A stretch of 63,995 bases of DNA, the filler included, from Octopus bimaculoides (Eukaryota): assembly GCF_001194135.2 (NCBI RefSeq). It is 7 parts of 7 records of this genome, joined end to end, with 100 filler letters (N's around TTAATTAATTAA, not from the genome) between each part and the next. Parts side by side here need not be neighbours in the genome. Positions count along the whole stretch, not along the records: positions 26,419 to 46,433 come from NC_068984.1; positions 46,534 to 52,073 come from NC_068987.1; positions 52,174 to 56,825 come from NW_026365078.1; 4 more parts are not named here. One strand, written 5' to 3'. Both the position numbers and the translations under genes were made by a program. Positions 41,073-54,800 of this stretch are shown here, piece after piece. How positions within the stretch are numbered: position 1 is the first letter of the stretch; the number at the start of each line of letters is the position of its first letter. The notes beneath the pieces were generated by a model, which was given only the letters and a program-made list of their open reading frames with translations, was not told the DNA's origin and ran no database searches.

Positions 41073-41324
41073 GTCGAGCCAGTCTCTTGCTACAAGTGAA
41101 TCTGAGAACAGCAAGAGACTGACTCGGCCAAAATAAAAATATTCATTACAAAAATTATTTTATAAATAATTACATAAATAAAGTATCTATATAAATGAAT
41201 AAGATTCAGCAGTTGCTGGATCATATTTGCTTAGGTGATTATGTTATTTATGTAAATATTTTATAAAATATTACGATGTACTTGCATAGTAAGTGACGTG
41301 ATCTGAGCTCGTGTGCTGAAACAG

Positions 41325-41514
41325 AAACAATTGCAGCGTGGAAGGTGTTTATAAGCCATTTATAAACACACAAAGATAACGTTATATTCACTTCAACATT
41401 TAAACTTAATATGTCAAAATAGTTTGATAAATTAAATTTAAATGTTGAAGTGAATCTAAGACATTTTTTTTTGTGTGTGTGTGTTTTTAAATGGCTTCCA
41501 CGCTGCAATTGTTT
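41325..41514. repeat. Fold-back (spacerless inverted) copy of the repeat family also at 51585-51861
   Basis: AATTGCAGCGTGGAAG... arms meet at the degenerate palindrome TGTCAAAAT|A(G)TTTGATA. Confidence 0.8.
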
Positions 41515-41669
41515 TATAAAATAATTTATGTAATATTATGATATGTAAAACTCAGTAACTAACAGCTGTTACCACTGCACAGAAGAAATTGTTCTGTTCT
41601 GTAGTTAAAGCCTGTTCATTCCATCTTCTTGGTACATACATACATACATACATACATACACACACTCAC

Positions 41670-41712
<43 letters not shown>

Positions 41713-41716
<4 letters not shown>

Positions 41717-41917
41717 GTGTGCTGAAAAGTCGCTAGCTTTGTGCAAAAGAAAATACAAGACGATGAGTTAATTATGATTTTATTCAACATATTCCTCTCT
41801 CGGATTCACACTTATTTCAGTTCTTCTAAGCCCTGTAAAAGAACTCGTAAGGTTGGGCCTCCAGTCAGGCCTTTTGTGATGCCCTTAAAGCCAGGAACTT
41901 TTCAGTACTCACTCTCG
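41713..41917. mobile_element. Mariner-type MITE, TA TSD (second copy, inverted, at 62849-63064)
   Basis: TIR consensus CGAGGGGTGCTGAAAAGTTCCTGGCTTT; both copies are flanked by TA and share the internal sequence. Confidence 0.85.
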
Positions 41918-42559
41918 TAGTGTGTACACACACACGCACACACATGCATANNNNNNNNNNNNNNNNNNNNNNNNNNNNNNNNNNNNNNNNNNNNNNNNNN
42001 NNNNNNNNNNNNNNNNNNNNNNNNNNNNNNNNNNNNNNNNNNNNNNNNNNNNNNNNNNNNNNNNNNNNNNNNNNNNNNNNNNNNNNNNNNNNNNNNNNNN
42101 NNNNNNNNNNNNNNNNNNNNNNNNNNNNNNNNNNNNNNNNNNNNNNNNNNNNNNNNNNNNNNNNNNNNNNNNNNNNNNNNNNNNNNNNNNNNNNNNNNNN
42201 NNNNNNNNNNNNNNNNNNNNNNNNNNNNNNNNNNNNNNNNNNNNNNNNNNNNNNNNNNNNNNNNNNNNNNNNNNNNNNNNNNNNNNNNNNNNNNNNNNNN
42301 NNNNNNNNNNNNNNNNNNNNNNNNNNNNNNNNNNNNNNNNNNNNNNNNNNNNNNNNNNNNNNNNNNNNNNNNNNNNNNNNNNNNNNNNNNNNNNNNNNNN
42401 NNNNNNNNNNNNNNNNNNNNNNNNNNNNNNNNNNNNNNNNNNNNNNNNNNNNNNNNNNNNNNNNNNNNNNNNNNNNNNNNNNNNNNNNNNNNNNNNNNNN
42501 NNNNNNNNNNNNNNNNNNNNNNNNNNNNNNNNNNNNNNNNNNNNNNNNNNNNNNNNNNN

Positions 42560-42594
<35 letters not shown>

Positions 42595-43153
42595 TACGAT
42601 GGACTTCTTTCAGTTTCCGTCTACCAAATCCACTCACAAGGCTTTGGTCGGCCCGAGGCTATAGTAGAAGACACTTGCCCAAGGTGCCACGCAGTGGGAC
42701 TGATCCCTGAACCATGTGGTTGGTAAGCAAGCTACTTACCACGCAGCCACATGTATATATGTATGTATGTATGTTACAGAATTTATCTTATCTATGAAGC
42801 TTTAGATCATTTAAATTTGGGAATAATTTCAATATATTCATATCTATTTTCGCTTAACGTTCATATTCTGCCAACAGACAGACTTGCATATACATGCGCA
42901 TACATGCACAGACGGTCAAACACACTCATACATACACTGATACATACACGAACATTCGTATTCTTCAGAGATAGAAATCTAACTGCGTAGGTGCCAAATC
43001 TTCTAAACTGCCCTCCTTCCTCTTCTCCCTCCCTCCCTCTCATCTTCTGTTTCCCTTCTCATTATTCTTCACCTCTTCACCTGATTCTTTCTCTTCTTTT
43101 GCTATCTTCAATGTCTAGCACACATTTTGCCCATCTGCCATTCGACGTCACCA

Positions 43154-43189
<36 letters not shown>

Positions 43190-43219
43190 TTCCTTCTCTT
43201 TATATCTACCTTTCTCTCC

Positions 43220-43358
<139 letters not shown>

Positions 43359-43937
43359 ATTATTATTATTGTTGTTGTTATTATTATTATTGTTGTTGTT
43401 GTTGTTGTTATTATTATTATTATTATTATCATTATTATTATTATTATGTCCTTCCACATTTTCAAATTTTAAATCCTAGAAGTTCATATAACGTTTACCA
43501 TTCTTTCGCTTTTATTTCTCTCCCCACCCCCTTTCATCTTAGCCTTCGTTCTCTCCGCTTCCTCTAAATGCCACCTTCTCTATTTTCTATCCTTTTTTTC
43601 CTCTCTCTTCTGTCCCCCAATTTATAAACTCCTCTCTCTCTCTTTTCTCTCTTACTCTCTTTCTCTCTCTTTCTTTGTCTCTATTGCCCCCTCTCTCTTT
43701 CTCTCCTCTGTCTCTGTTTCGCTCTCACCCTCCCATTCGTTCTCACTTCTCCTTTTCTTGGATCTGGTCAGTACCTCCTACACCACAATTATTTTTCCTT
43801 GAGTTCACAAACACACATACACACCCACAAACTAATGTATACATGCAAACCTGGACGTGCACAGACATATATAGACACAAAAACACACGGACCTACACAT
43901 TAATACAAGCTTCCCCATCTTTCTCTCTCTCTCTCAC

Positions 43938-43973
<36 letters not shown>

Positions 43974-44056
43974 CTGTATGGGTATGTCTGTATTTTGACT
44001 TTCTATATTTCTACCTGTCTATCTGGTTGTTTCTCTCTCTGTCTCGCGGTCTCTCG

Positions 44057-44106
<50 letters not shown>

Positions 44107-44138
44107 GTATATGTATGTAAGTATGTTTGTACGTATGT

Positions 44139-44215
<77 letters not shown>

Positions 44216-44291
44216 ACACACACATACGAACATATTTACATACATATATACACACACATATGTCTTATTTTCTCTGTATATATTCTACTGA

Positions 44292-44330
<39 letters not shown>

Positions 44331-45140
44331 TTGTTTGTTTTATTGAAATCTATAGAGTCAGGTCTGCTGTCCGAAGACAGCTTCCACCTTTCTTCCCAAT
44401 CATCTCATTGACCATGAAAAAAGGTCATAATACTGCGCTTTCCGTTCTTAGACGGTGTGGTGGTGGGGATCTATTATTTTGTTAGTATCCACATGTGTCA
44501 AGGTGTTACGTTTCCAAAACTGCCTTATGTACGGAACGAAATTGATGATATAATCAACATTTTTAACATAATTAAACAATATGACATATAATACTTAACT
44601 ATGGAACAAAAATCAGACATAATCGAAAAATTTAACATGACATGTCCGAATGTCACAATTTCAATTATCTTAACTATTGAAAGAAATATAAGAAACAATA
44701 AAAAAATCTTTAACATAACGAAATAATATTATGGAGACCCATAAAATTCCTGCATCAAAATATAACACGTAGTATTTCCACCAGTCTTGCTAGTAAAGAT
44801 AAATACAAATGTATGTACGTACGTACGTACGTGTGTGTATATCTACTTTTTAACCCCGTGAAAACATCTTTTCCGGTTGGTTATCAACACATAATCTGTG
44901 TCCGAGACATACTGTAAGGGGGTTTACCAATTCCTTCTAACCGTTAGCAGTAGCAGTAGACCAATAGATTTTGGGTGATTTCCCGTCTTCAGTTCGTCGA
45001 TAGCCAGTTGGAAAAGATGTTCTCCTGGGGTTACAAAGTAGCAACATAGTCCTATGCAGGACTGCCACGTTATGTTGGCAAATAAAGTTTACAACATAGT
45101 ACTGTTACTACATAGATCTCATTCAAAGATTGAAAACTAG

Positions 45141-45432
45141 TATAAGTAGTTAAGCCTGTACCCGGTCATAGAGTGGCCAATGGTTTCGCATCCACAAAGG
45201 CCTTAGCCCCGTGGACGTCTCATCAGGCTCAGAAGCTGAAGACAAATGTAACTCTTCGCCGCTGGGAGGCAGGAATCTGTTACGGTCATTTGGTCAGTTA
45301 ATCACCAAAGAATAAATAGTGTAGGGTCAGTCTTCGATTTTAGAGTCAGACGAGATGTTCACGGGGCTAAGGCCTTTGTGGAAGCAAAACCATTAGTCAC
45401 TCTATGACCGAAAATAGACTTAACTACTTATA
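45141..45432. repeat. ~85-bp inverted repeat pair, each arm carrying a hammerhead motif
   Basis: HHR motif at 45170-45231 (-) and at 45342-45403 (+); see findings. Confidence 0.85.
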
Positions 45433-45493
45433 AATACATTACTGCTCTATGCTTAATAGTGTGCCTCTTTTTCGAATGTATGATACATTGACG

Positions 45494-45546
<53 letters not shown>

Positions 45547-46880
45547 GAAAACAAAAACTGGAACAAGAACGTAACAGGCGACAACAAAACATCTGGATGG
45601 TTAGAAGATACAAAAAAGGACAGGAAAAAACAAGGACGAGTCATTCTTAGTTTTCTATCCTCAGTCGAGTTCCAGATTTTCTCGGCAGTTTCGGCCGGTT
45701 ACACTAGTTACTGGTCCAATTTGGCCGGCTCCAAGAAAATCTAAACTACTCATGTAATCATTGCTTATTTTGTCAGACTAAAATATTCTCTCGAAAGGCG
45801 TAGTTTGGTCTCGTAAACAAGTTCAAAACTCCAATATCTTCCCTGTCAGCAAATTGGATGCCCAGAATAACCACACAACTATGCTTTCATTCTGGTGATC
45901 TTGATGTGTTTCGAATACATGTCTGATATCTGTTTAGGACAGTGGTTCTCAACCATTTTTGCCTATAGACCCCCTTCACTCATATTTTAGCCCTCCTGAA
46001 CCTCCACAGATTATAATAAATTATAAATAATATAAATTATAATAAATTATAAAAAATATGGTTGAAAGGGGATAAAGAAAAAGTTAATACTATATAAAAT
46101 GGCGCAATTAAAAACAAAAAATGAAATAAGGTTGCTTTGTTGCAGGAGGTTGTAGTGGCAGTCAATTGGAGAAGGGCGTTGTGTTTAGTCCAAAGGGGAT
46201 AGTTGTTCGTGGATTAAAAATATAACGCTGTTCCAGGCAGAGTCGCGAGTGTGTAGATCTGTGGTACAGAGCGAGGCCAAACACAGTGATTTTAGAGATA
46301 TATATTGCGCAGCAACAAACTAAGTATAGCAAAAAGCTTTTTCATTGAAATTCCGTTAGTCATTAAACCTTTTAGCAAACAGCTGACTTACGACGCAGTG
46401 CATAAGATACAAATGAAGAACTACTCCGTTTTTNNNNNNNNNNNNNNNNNNNNNNNNNNNNNNNNNNNNNNNNNNNNTTAATTAATTAANNNNNNNNNNN
46501 NNNNNNNNNNNNNNNNNNNNNNNNNNNNNNNNNGCGCGCGCGCATAAGTCAGGAAAAAATGCACTTGTATATTTGTCAGTAGAGTGGGTATATTAATTGA
46601 AGTGTACAGCCGCCATAAACAGGTTACATACATTTTCTAGACGTTTACACGAAGCAGCAAGCTTAGTCTATGCAAAATTGCCCATTTACAACATCTTTGA
46701 CGCAGAATAAGTAATATAATTCGCTTTCACTGCAAAAGATCCTCAAGAACAATATTTCTTATCATAATCACAAATGTTTAAAACATATCTAAAATAAATC
46801 TATTTCAAAAGGATCCACAGAGACTCGTTACAGGAAAAGAGAGTTGCAAAAATCCACCCCAACCTCACCAATGCACTAAC

Positions 46881-46937
<57 letters not shown>

Positions 46938-47435
46938 CGCAGAGTCGTAATCTACGATATGTAAAGTTCACATTCCAAAGAAATTACAGTTTTGGCTGAA
47001 CTAGATATTTTCCGACTCTGTTCTATAGGAATGCCTTGCTCAAGACATCACCTAATTCGTATTCTGCCATATAGCATTTGCACTGAATAGTGGATGAATG
47101 AAATGTATATGAAATGTACGTATTAGTTAGGCTTTTGTAACAATTTTGACTTCAAACCCTGTCGTTGTCTGTTAGATATTCACTACCTCCACTACCTCCA
47201 TACAAGGACCAAGGGAAAATACCCAGAGTCACGCTCTGCACGAGAACAGGATAGCAAGACCAGTACTAACACACTTCATGTAGTGAATCAAAAAGATTAA
47301 ATCAAAATTACGGTCGTAAGCGAGGAAAATGTTTAGCATAATGATTAAGTCTTGTCGAAAAAGACGAAAGAGACAACCCAGAAATTTTAATTAATTGAAA
47401 ATAGAATGCAGTTAATGTGTTGGCCGTGTGGTGAC

Positions 47436-47485
47436 AACTACGGACGTGTTTTGGTCTTATTTGACCTCCACAGCGTCGCATAGTT
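47436..47485 (-). ncRNA. Degenerate type I hammerhead motif with GUC triplet
   Basis: AACT atgcg ACG-CTGTGGA-GGTC aaataa GACC-AAAAC-AC-GTC-CGT AGTT. A6>U and G12>A. Confidence 0.5.
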
Positions 47486-47731
47486 TTCTGTTGTGTTGTA
47501 CTGCCTGACGAAGATGCAGTAGCTTAGCTTGAGGCCAAAAGTGCCGCCCCTCCCCCATAAAAGCATCACCCAGGGTGGACCGTCCCTCGCCCCTCTCCAC
47601 TCCCAGATACGCTACTGCGATATAGATATATAGATGTGTGTGTGTGTGAGCACATGCGCGTGCGTGCGTGCATGCCTGTGTGAATAAATCCTGAATCGTG
47701 AAATAAATTCTGGCGATATGCAACTATATTA

Positions 47732-47952
47732 CAGCAATCCCTCGACTATCACGGGTATTACGTTCCAAAACCCCACGCGATAAGTGAAAATCCGCGAAGT
47801 AGAAACTACTGAACTGTATATGTTTTTTTATTATTTTTATAATTTGTATATATTTATTTTATTATAAATGCAAAACAACACCACAGAGGAATCGACGTAA
47901 ACTTAAATAATAAACCGCGATAGGTGAACCGTGATATGGCGAGGGATTACTG
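47732..47952. mobile_element. Tigger/pogo-like MITE, 221 bp, TA TSD
   Basis: CAGCAATCCCTCG ... CGAGGGATTACTG termini, CGCGATA-type subterminal motifs, TA on both sides. Confidence 0.85.
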
Positions 47953-48924
47953 TATTTAATTTAATGTTTGTATTAATTTCTTCTTTCATACTTTTTATGA
48001 TAAAAAAAAACCTGCTTGAAGCATCAGCTATCTCCTCTTTCTCGCAGTAACTAAATTACTCCACTATGGCCAAGAACTTCCTAAACATACTTTTTGACGA
48101 CACCGGATTTCAATATTTCACATTAATAATGATATATGTAGCTTCGTTTATCACTGATTGATTCATCACTGATCCAGGATAACACGATACGGTCAATTGT
48201 AAACCGTGTTATGCTTATCATGGATTCACTTGTTATAACACGGGTCGGCGATCAATCGACGATACTGCTTAAACCACAAAATACTTGCCCCCAGAGACCA
48301 CCAACAGTGCGCAGCCACCCAGAATGCATTGACGGTCACTTGTGTCCACGTGACTGTTTTGTGTGGCCGCGTATTTTTTTTTTTTTTTTTTATAAAGATT
48401 AATATACTCGTAGCCATGAACATGGGCTCAGTGATCAAACAAAATACGAATGCGCCTGATCTTAACAAAGGACGCAGACATGGGTATCTCTACGCAAAAA
48501 AAGGTATCTCTACCTGAAGCTTTACTGCTTAGCGCTGCAGGTTCTGTGTCAATGAATCTATCGTTCATTTCATTTGCAATGTGCATGGAGATGGTTCTTT
48601 TATCACAGATTCACTAACCACTTTTTAAAGCTACCCCCGTGATAAACGAGAATAGATGTACAGTGCCTTTACATTAGCGGAGTAGAAGAATAAAGGCTCG
48701 TATGCTGGTCTATTTCATAACACTGTTTCTCTGAAGCTCAACATTTACTCTGATGTTGAATATTCTACTCCGCTGCCTGTTGAATTAATTACATTAGCGA
48801 TCAGGAAATAAATCAAAATATTGGTGGCAACAATTTCATACTGTCACAAGAATATAAAATATTGAGATGGGTATATAAAGTCACTTAAGTGGATTCGGTG
48901 ATATAAAGTACAAAGATAACCCCC

Positions 48925-50112
48925 GGTTGGATTTGTACTCAGAAACGTAAAGAAATCAAACTAAAATACTGCGAGATGCGAAGTTGACCTCAGCAGGATT
49001 TGATCTCGTGAAGTAAAAGTACATAATTAAACACTGAATGGAATTTCAGCGACCTCAACTCCGTCTAATTTTCAATAGTTCTTTCTACTACAGACACAAG
49101 ACCTGAAATTGAGCAGGGTGGAAGAGTTTGTTGATTACATCTACCGAAAGCTCAACTTGTTCTTATTTTACCGATCTTGAAGGGATGAAAGGCAAAATCG
49201 GTCTCAGCGGAATTTGAACTCAGAGCATAAAAAGCCGGTAGAAATGTCGCGAAGCATTTTCTCCGGCATGCTAACGATTCTGCCAGCTCGCCGTCTTACC
49301 TCTTTTTAATAATGGTTTCAGATTTTGACACAAGGACAGCAATTTCTGGGAAGGGGGTTAAGTCGATGACATCGACCCCAGTGTTCAACTGGTACTTATT
49401 TTATCGACCCCGAAAGGAAGAAAAGTAAAATCGACCTCAGTGGAATTTGAACTCAGAACGTACAAACGGACGAAATACCGCAAAGTATTTTGCTCGGCGT
49501 GTTAAAGGTTCAGCCTACTTGCCTCTTTTTGATCATCCTTTCTGCTATAGGCACAAGGCCTGAAATTTTGAGTGATGAGACCAGTCGATTACATCGACCC
49601 CAGTGCGTAACTGGTACTTTATTTATCGACCCCGAAACGATGAAAGGCAAAGTCAAACCTAGCGGCATTTGAACTCAGAGCATGAAGACAGACGAAATAC
49701 CTCTAAGCATTTCGCCCGGCGTGCTAACGACTCTGCCAGCTCACCGCCGCCTTACCTCTTTTTAATAATGATCACCTTTAACGCTGGTTCCAGTGGCGTT
49801 GCGTCGGTTGTCAGTGTTCGAGGCAAAGCGGCAACCGCCCCTGTGGCCCCTCCTACATCACTCTACTGATTGGTACAACGCCATACATTTCGAAGTTGAA
49901 TTAGCAGCAAGCTGGCAGAATCGTTACAGAATCGGAAATAATGCCTTGCGGTGTTCTTTCTGTCTCTTTACTTTTACATTTTAAGTTCAATTCCTGCCGA
50001 GGTCAACTTTGCTTTTCATCTCTCCGGAGTAAATGAAATAAAGTATCAACCAATGTTATCGACTAACCACCCACCCCTCGAAATTGTTGGCCGTGTGTTT
50101 AAACATGAAACC
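48925..50112 (-). mobile_element. Cluster of SINE family C: three to four tandem minus copies, then a plus copy
   Basis: Units at about 49075-49298, 49310-49520 and 49538-49753 (-), and 49905-50112 (+). Confidence 0.85.
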
Positions 50113-51472
50113 ATTCTAGTCAACTGATTCGGCCTAGCGTGTGTCTAGTATTCATTTCAACGGCCCGGATGGATGAAGAGCCACGAAGACCCAAGATAGT
50201 GAAGGGACTTAACTAAATACAAGCTAAACGGTCTGGACCTGGATCGTTTCTGTTATTCCATTGCCTTTCAAGTAATGCAAAACCAAACCGGCATCAAAGG
50301 GTGCACAAGAAAACAAACATATCCTTTTACATGAAGATAAGAGAGAAATCTCTAAGGTTTAGTTTTATCCGAAAATGGAATGGCTTTTCGATATTTCTTT
50401 TTTGTCTTTTGTTATTTTGTTTCTGTTTTTTTTTTTTTTTTCAGTTTACACAGAGGCTTTATTTGTTTGGTTAATTCTATATTTGGAAATATAGTGTTTG
50501 TGCACTTTTGTTGGTAGTTTCTAGGTTTGTCGCAATCGAATAAAATGAAACGGTACATGAAAATAATGGCGCCTTCTCGTCTGCAGCTGCTAACACTTCT
50601 AGCAAGGGACGGCTGTATCAACCTCTCTGGGTGGTATCTACCTACTTACAGAGCAAGATTCATAATCGACTGCAGAAGCATTTCTGTGTTTTCTTTAATT
50701 CTAAATTCAGAAGTGTTTCAGAACAGTTGCAAATGGGGCGTGTTCGTGTGGTTCTTACCAAATCACATACGTCTATCTCGAAATGTAATACAATCTCCTG
50801 CAGAAATTATACGATCGAAAGTCGATCGCAATTACATATATATACCTAATAAAAAATATTTTTTTCTTTTCTTTACTTTTTTTGCCACAAGGGGGAATCT
50901 GGTCCTATTTTTATCCGATACTTATTTTATCTATTCCGAAAGGATTAAAGGTGAAGTCGATGTCAACCGAATTTGAACTAAGAATGTTAAGCCGGAATAA
51001 GTACCACTATGCATTTTGTCGGGCATGCTAACGATAATCCTTGCTCGCTGTCTTTCTATTATAGGCACAAGGCCTGAAATTGATGTGGGGAGACAAGTTG
51101 GTTATATCGACTCCGCGCTGGATTTACCATTGACCAAAATAAGCACGTCCTTAAGACATCAAGAGAATAGTGGGGAGGGGGCACCACAAAAATGGTAAAT
51201 GGTTTATGGCACAAAAGAAAATCACTTTAAACTTGCTAAAATAATATTCGAAGTGATTTATATTATCGGAAATATAATTTTCAAGTGTTCATGGTGTCAT
51301 AGAGAGGATCTGATCAAAGACTTTGCAATACAAAATAACTGTTCAAGTAAAGTGGAAGTATTCAAAAATAAACATTATTTTCCATACTACAGTTAGTTTT
51401 GTTTCATTTAGAAAAACAAAAACCTATTTAAAGTTTATTATTGTTTATATTTTGAATTACACACACACACAC

Positions 51473-51538
<66 letters not shown>

Positions 51539-51584
51539 TGCATAGCAAGTGACCTTATCTGAGATTGTGTGCTGGAACGAAAAC

Positions 51585-51861
51585 AATTGCAGCGTGGAAG
51601 GTGTTTATAAGCCATTTAAGAAACACACAAAACCTGTTAGATTCATCTTAACATTTAAATTTAATTTGCCAAAATATTTTCGTCGCTAGTTCATGAACTA
51701 ACTGTTACTTTCTCAGGTGCAGCACGGAATTTTGTCAGTGAACAGGTCGCAGTCTAAAAGCAACGAAAATATTTTGGCAAATTAAATTTAAATGTTGAAG
51801 TGAATCTTACGGTTTTTGTGTGTTTCTTAAATGGCTTATAAACACCTTCCACGCTGCAATT
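51585..51861. repeat. ~100-bp inverted repeat pair with a hammerhead-like junction
   Basis: Arms at 51585-51687 and 51759-51861. 51728-51783 reads AATTTTGTCA-GTGA-ACAG-GTCGC..GCAAC-GAAA-ATATT-T-TGGCAAATT. Confidence 0.85.
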
Positions 51862-54800
51862 TATGCGATCCACAGGAATCGTCGATGTTAAAAATGTAAA
51901 CTTCTCTTCAGGGAAATGTATATGCAGTTATAACATGCGTTCACTCCATTCCTTAAATTTATATATACTCAAATACCCAAAATATCAAGGAGTTTCTGCC
52001 TCAAAAACAGGAATTACACCACAGTTATTTTGTGATCTTTGCTACCCTGGTTTCTATTAACCTATTTATTCTANNNNNNNNNNNNNNNNNNNNNNNNNNN
52101 NNNNNNNNNNNNNNNNNTTAATTAATTAANNNNNNNNNNNNNNNNNNNNNNNNNNNNNNNNNNNNNNNNNNNNATATATATACGACAGGCTTCTTTCAGT
52201 TTCCATCTATCAAACCCACTCAAAGGCGTTGGTCGGCCCAAGGTGCCACACAGTGGGACTGAACCTGGAGCCATGAGGTTGGGAAGTAAGCTTCTTANNN
52301 NNNNNNNNNNNNNNNNNNNNNNNNNNNNNNNNNNNNNNNNNNNNNNNNNNNNNNNNNNNNNNNNNNNNNNNNNNNNNNNNNNNNNNNNNNNNNNNNNNNN
52401 NNNNNNNNNNNNNNNNNNNNNNNNNNNNNNNNNNNNNNNNNNNNNNNNNNNNNNNNNNNNNNNNNNNNNNNNNNNNNNNNNNNNNNNNNNNNNNNNNNNN
52501 NNNNNNNNNNNNNNNNNNNNNNNNNNNNNNNNNNNNNNNNNNNNNNNNNNNNNNNNNNNNNNNNNNNNNNNNNNNNNNNNNNNNNNNNNNNNNNNNNNNN
52601 NNNNNNNNNNNNNNNNNNNNNNNNNNNNNNNNNNNNNNNNNNNNNNNNNNNNNNNNNNNNNNNNNNNNNNNNNNNNNNNNNNNNNNNNNNNNNNNNNNNN
52701 NNNNNNNNNNNNNNNNNNNNNNNNNNNNNNNNNNNNNNNNNNNNNNNNNNNNNNNNNNNNNNNNNNNNNNNNNNNNNNNNNNNNNNNNNNNNNNNNNNNN
52801 NNNNNNNNNNNNNNNNNNNNNNNNNNNNNNNNNNNNNNNNNNNNNNNNNNNNNNNNNNNNNNNNNNNNNNNNNNNNNNNNNNNNNNNNNNNNNCATCATC
52901 ATCATCATCATACAAATAAAGTAACTACATTTGCTGCTGGATTAGTTTCCCCAACACCCTACATTTTCCCAGGCTATTTTCTTCATTACCATATACACAC
53001 ATAGTCACTAAGTGTCATAACATCTCTGGTCACTCCAGCCTAAAAAAAAGTAACTAACCCTGGCTGTATCCTTTCAGTTACTTTTAGACTCCAGATATAG
53101 CTCCCATCTTCAAATCTTTTTTTGTTTTTCAAGGAATCTAGACTTCCCATCACCTATGGGAACATGTCACAGTATGCATGTCCAATGGCAATATCTCTAT
53201 CAACTGCTATTCCTACTGAATTCCCTTTCAGCCTCTTTAAAGTCATAAAAACAGTTGTAGACAATCATCATCCTTCCTTTACAATTTTCAATTAATTTTT
53301 CTTCTTAGTGACCATGTGTATAGTTTCTGAGACCAAATCTCCCAGAGATTGGCTTTTCTGTGTTATGCAAATGTGATTATGTGGTTAAGAAGCTTGCTTT
53401 CCAACCATGTTGTAGTCTTTGGTTCAGTTCCACTGTGTGACACTTGGGCAAGTCTCATTCTACTACAGCCCCAGGTCAACCAAAGTCTTGTGAGTGGATT
53501 TTGGTAAACAAAAAACCCAATCCAGATAGCACCATTTCACTTATTGACAATTCCACCAAACATGCCACAAAAACAAAACTACACAACACTGTGTCCTCTC
53601 TCTGTCTTGTGTANNNNNNNNNNCCACAAAAACAAAACTACACAACACTGTGTCCTCTCTCTGTCTTGTGTACTACTTTTACAACTTTTGTTGCTCTAAA
53701 ATAAGAAGCTGCAAACTACCTGAGCCCATTCTTCCCCTCTATTAGTACTTTAACTTACTTCATCAAAGTTTGCCAACTTCCTCCTTTTCAGGGCATCAGA
53801 TCTCTATATCTCACTTTCTACTGTCGACATTTGCTCCACCACACCCCATTAGCATTAACCAACCTCATCATTCTAGAAAGAAAAGCTAAGGAAACTATTA
53901 ATCCAAGAAGCCTGCAAAGGTTATGGCAGCTATTAATTGAGAAGGCTTGCAAAAGTTANNNNNNNNNNNNNNNNNNNNNNNNNNNTGTTACTAATCCAAA
54001 GGACCAGCAGAGGCCACGAGTGTTACGAGTCTAGGATGCCTGTTAAATTTTAGGTACTGCGTCTCCTTCTTGAAGTAAATGATAATTGGTGTAGGACTTG
54101 TCAGTGATGGTGATGATGAATGTGTTAACAGCCTAAACTGTCTTGGTACTTTTAGTTAAGTAGATTTTACAAGCATATAAGATTTCTAACATCACTTCCT
54201 GGTTCTTATGTGCCTTTAAGCAGCAGGAATCACTCTTGCAAACATTTACTGACAGATGATTTTTGGTGTTATATTTGTCATGTTAATCTCACCAATCTAC
54301 AAGAGCCTGCAATTTCAAGGGTCTGTCCCTACTCCAGAAACAAACTTCTCCATAAGGAAATTTCATTAACCTTTCAGTGTTTGTGGGGGAGGGGAGGATT
54401 TCAGTATTTATAATATTATAAACCTGATGGAGTCCTTCCCTATCCAGGTCTGAACACAGGGAAGCTGGGAAAGAAGAATCGTTTAGTACAGTGACCGGTA
54501 TTTTATTTATCGATCTCAAATAGGATGAAAAACAAAGATGACTTTGTAGACTTTTGAATTCAGAGCACAGAGGACCAAAACAAACACTGTAAAACATTCT
54601 GTCTGAACTTCTAACGACTCTAGATAAGCCGCCATCTCAAAACGACACATAATGAAAATCCAAGTCATCTCCCTTGCATTTTCTGATCAAGGTGCATAAC
54701 TCTAACTTCAAGCTACATAACTAAGAAATAGTACATTTTATGCGCTAATAATGCATACATATGCATGAATTTGAAAGCCTGTTAACTCACAAAATTACAA

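Noticed and set aside
44959-44992. CTGAAGA-C-GGG..CCC-AAAA..GTC on the minus strand, and 59365-59400 on the plus strand
   Set aside because: Not listed as features: the first has G12A and no stem I, and the second has about five changes and G at position 17. Kept only as weak members of the landscape finding.
48925-49755. Regularly spaced repeats suggesting a CRISPR array
   Set aside because: The units are ~210-bp diverged SINEs in eukaryotic DNA, with no short repeat-spacer pattern and no cas genes.
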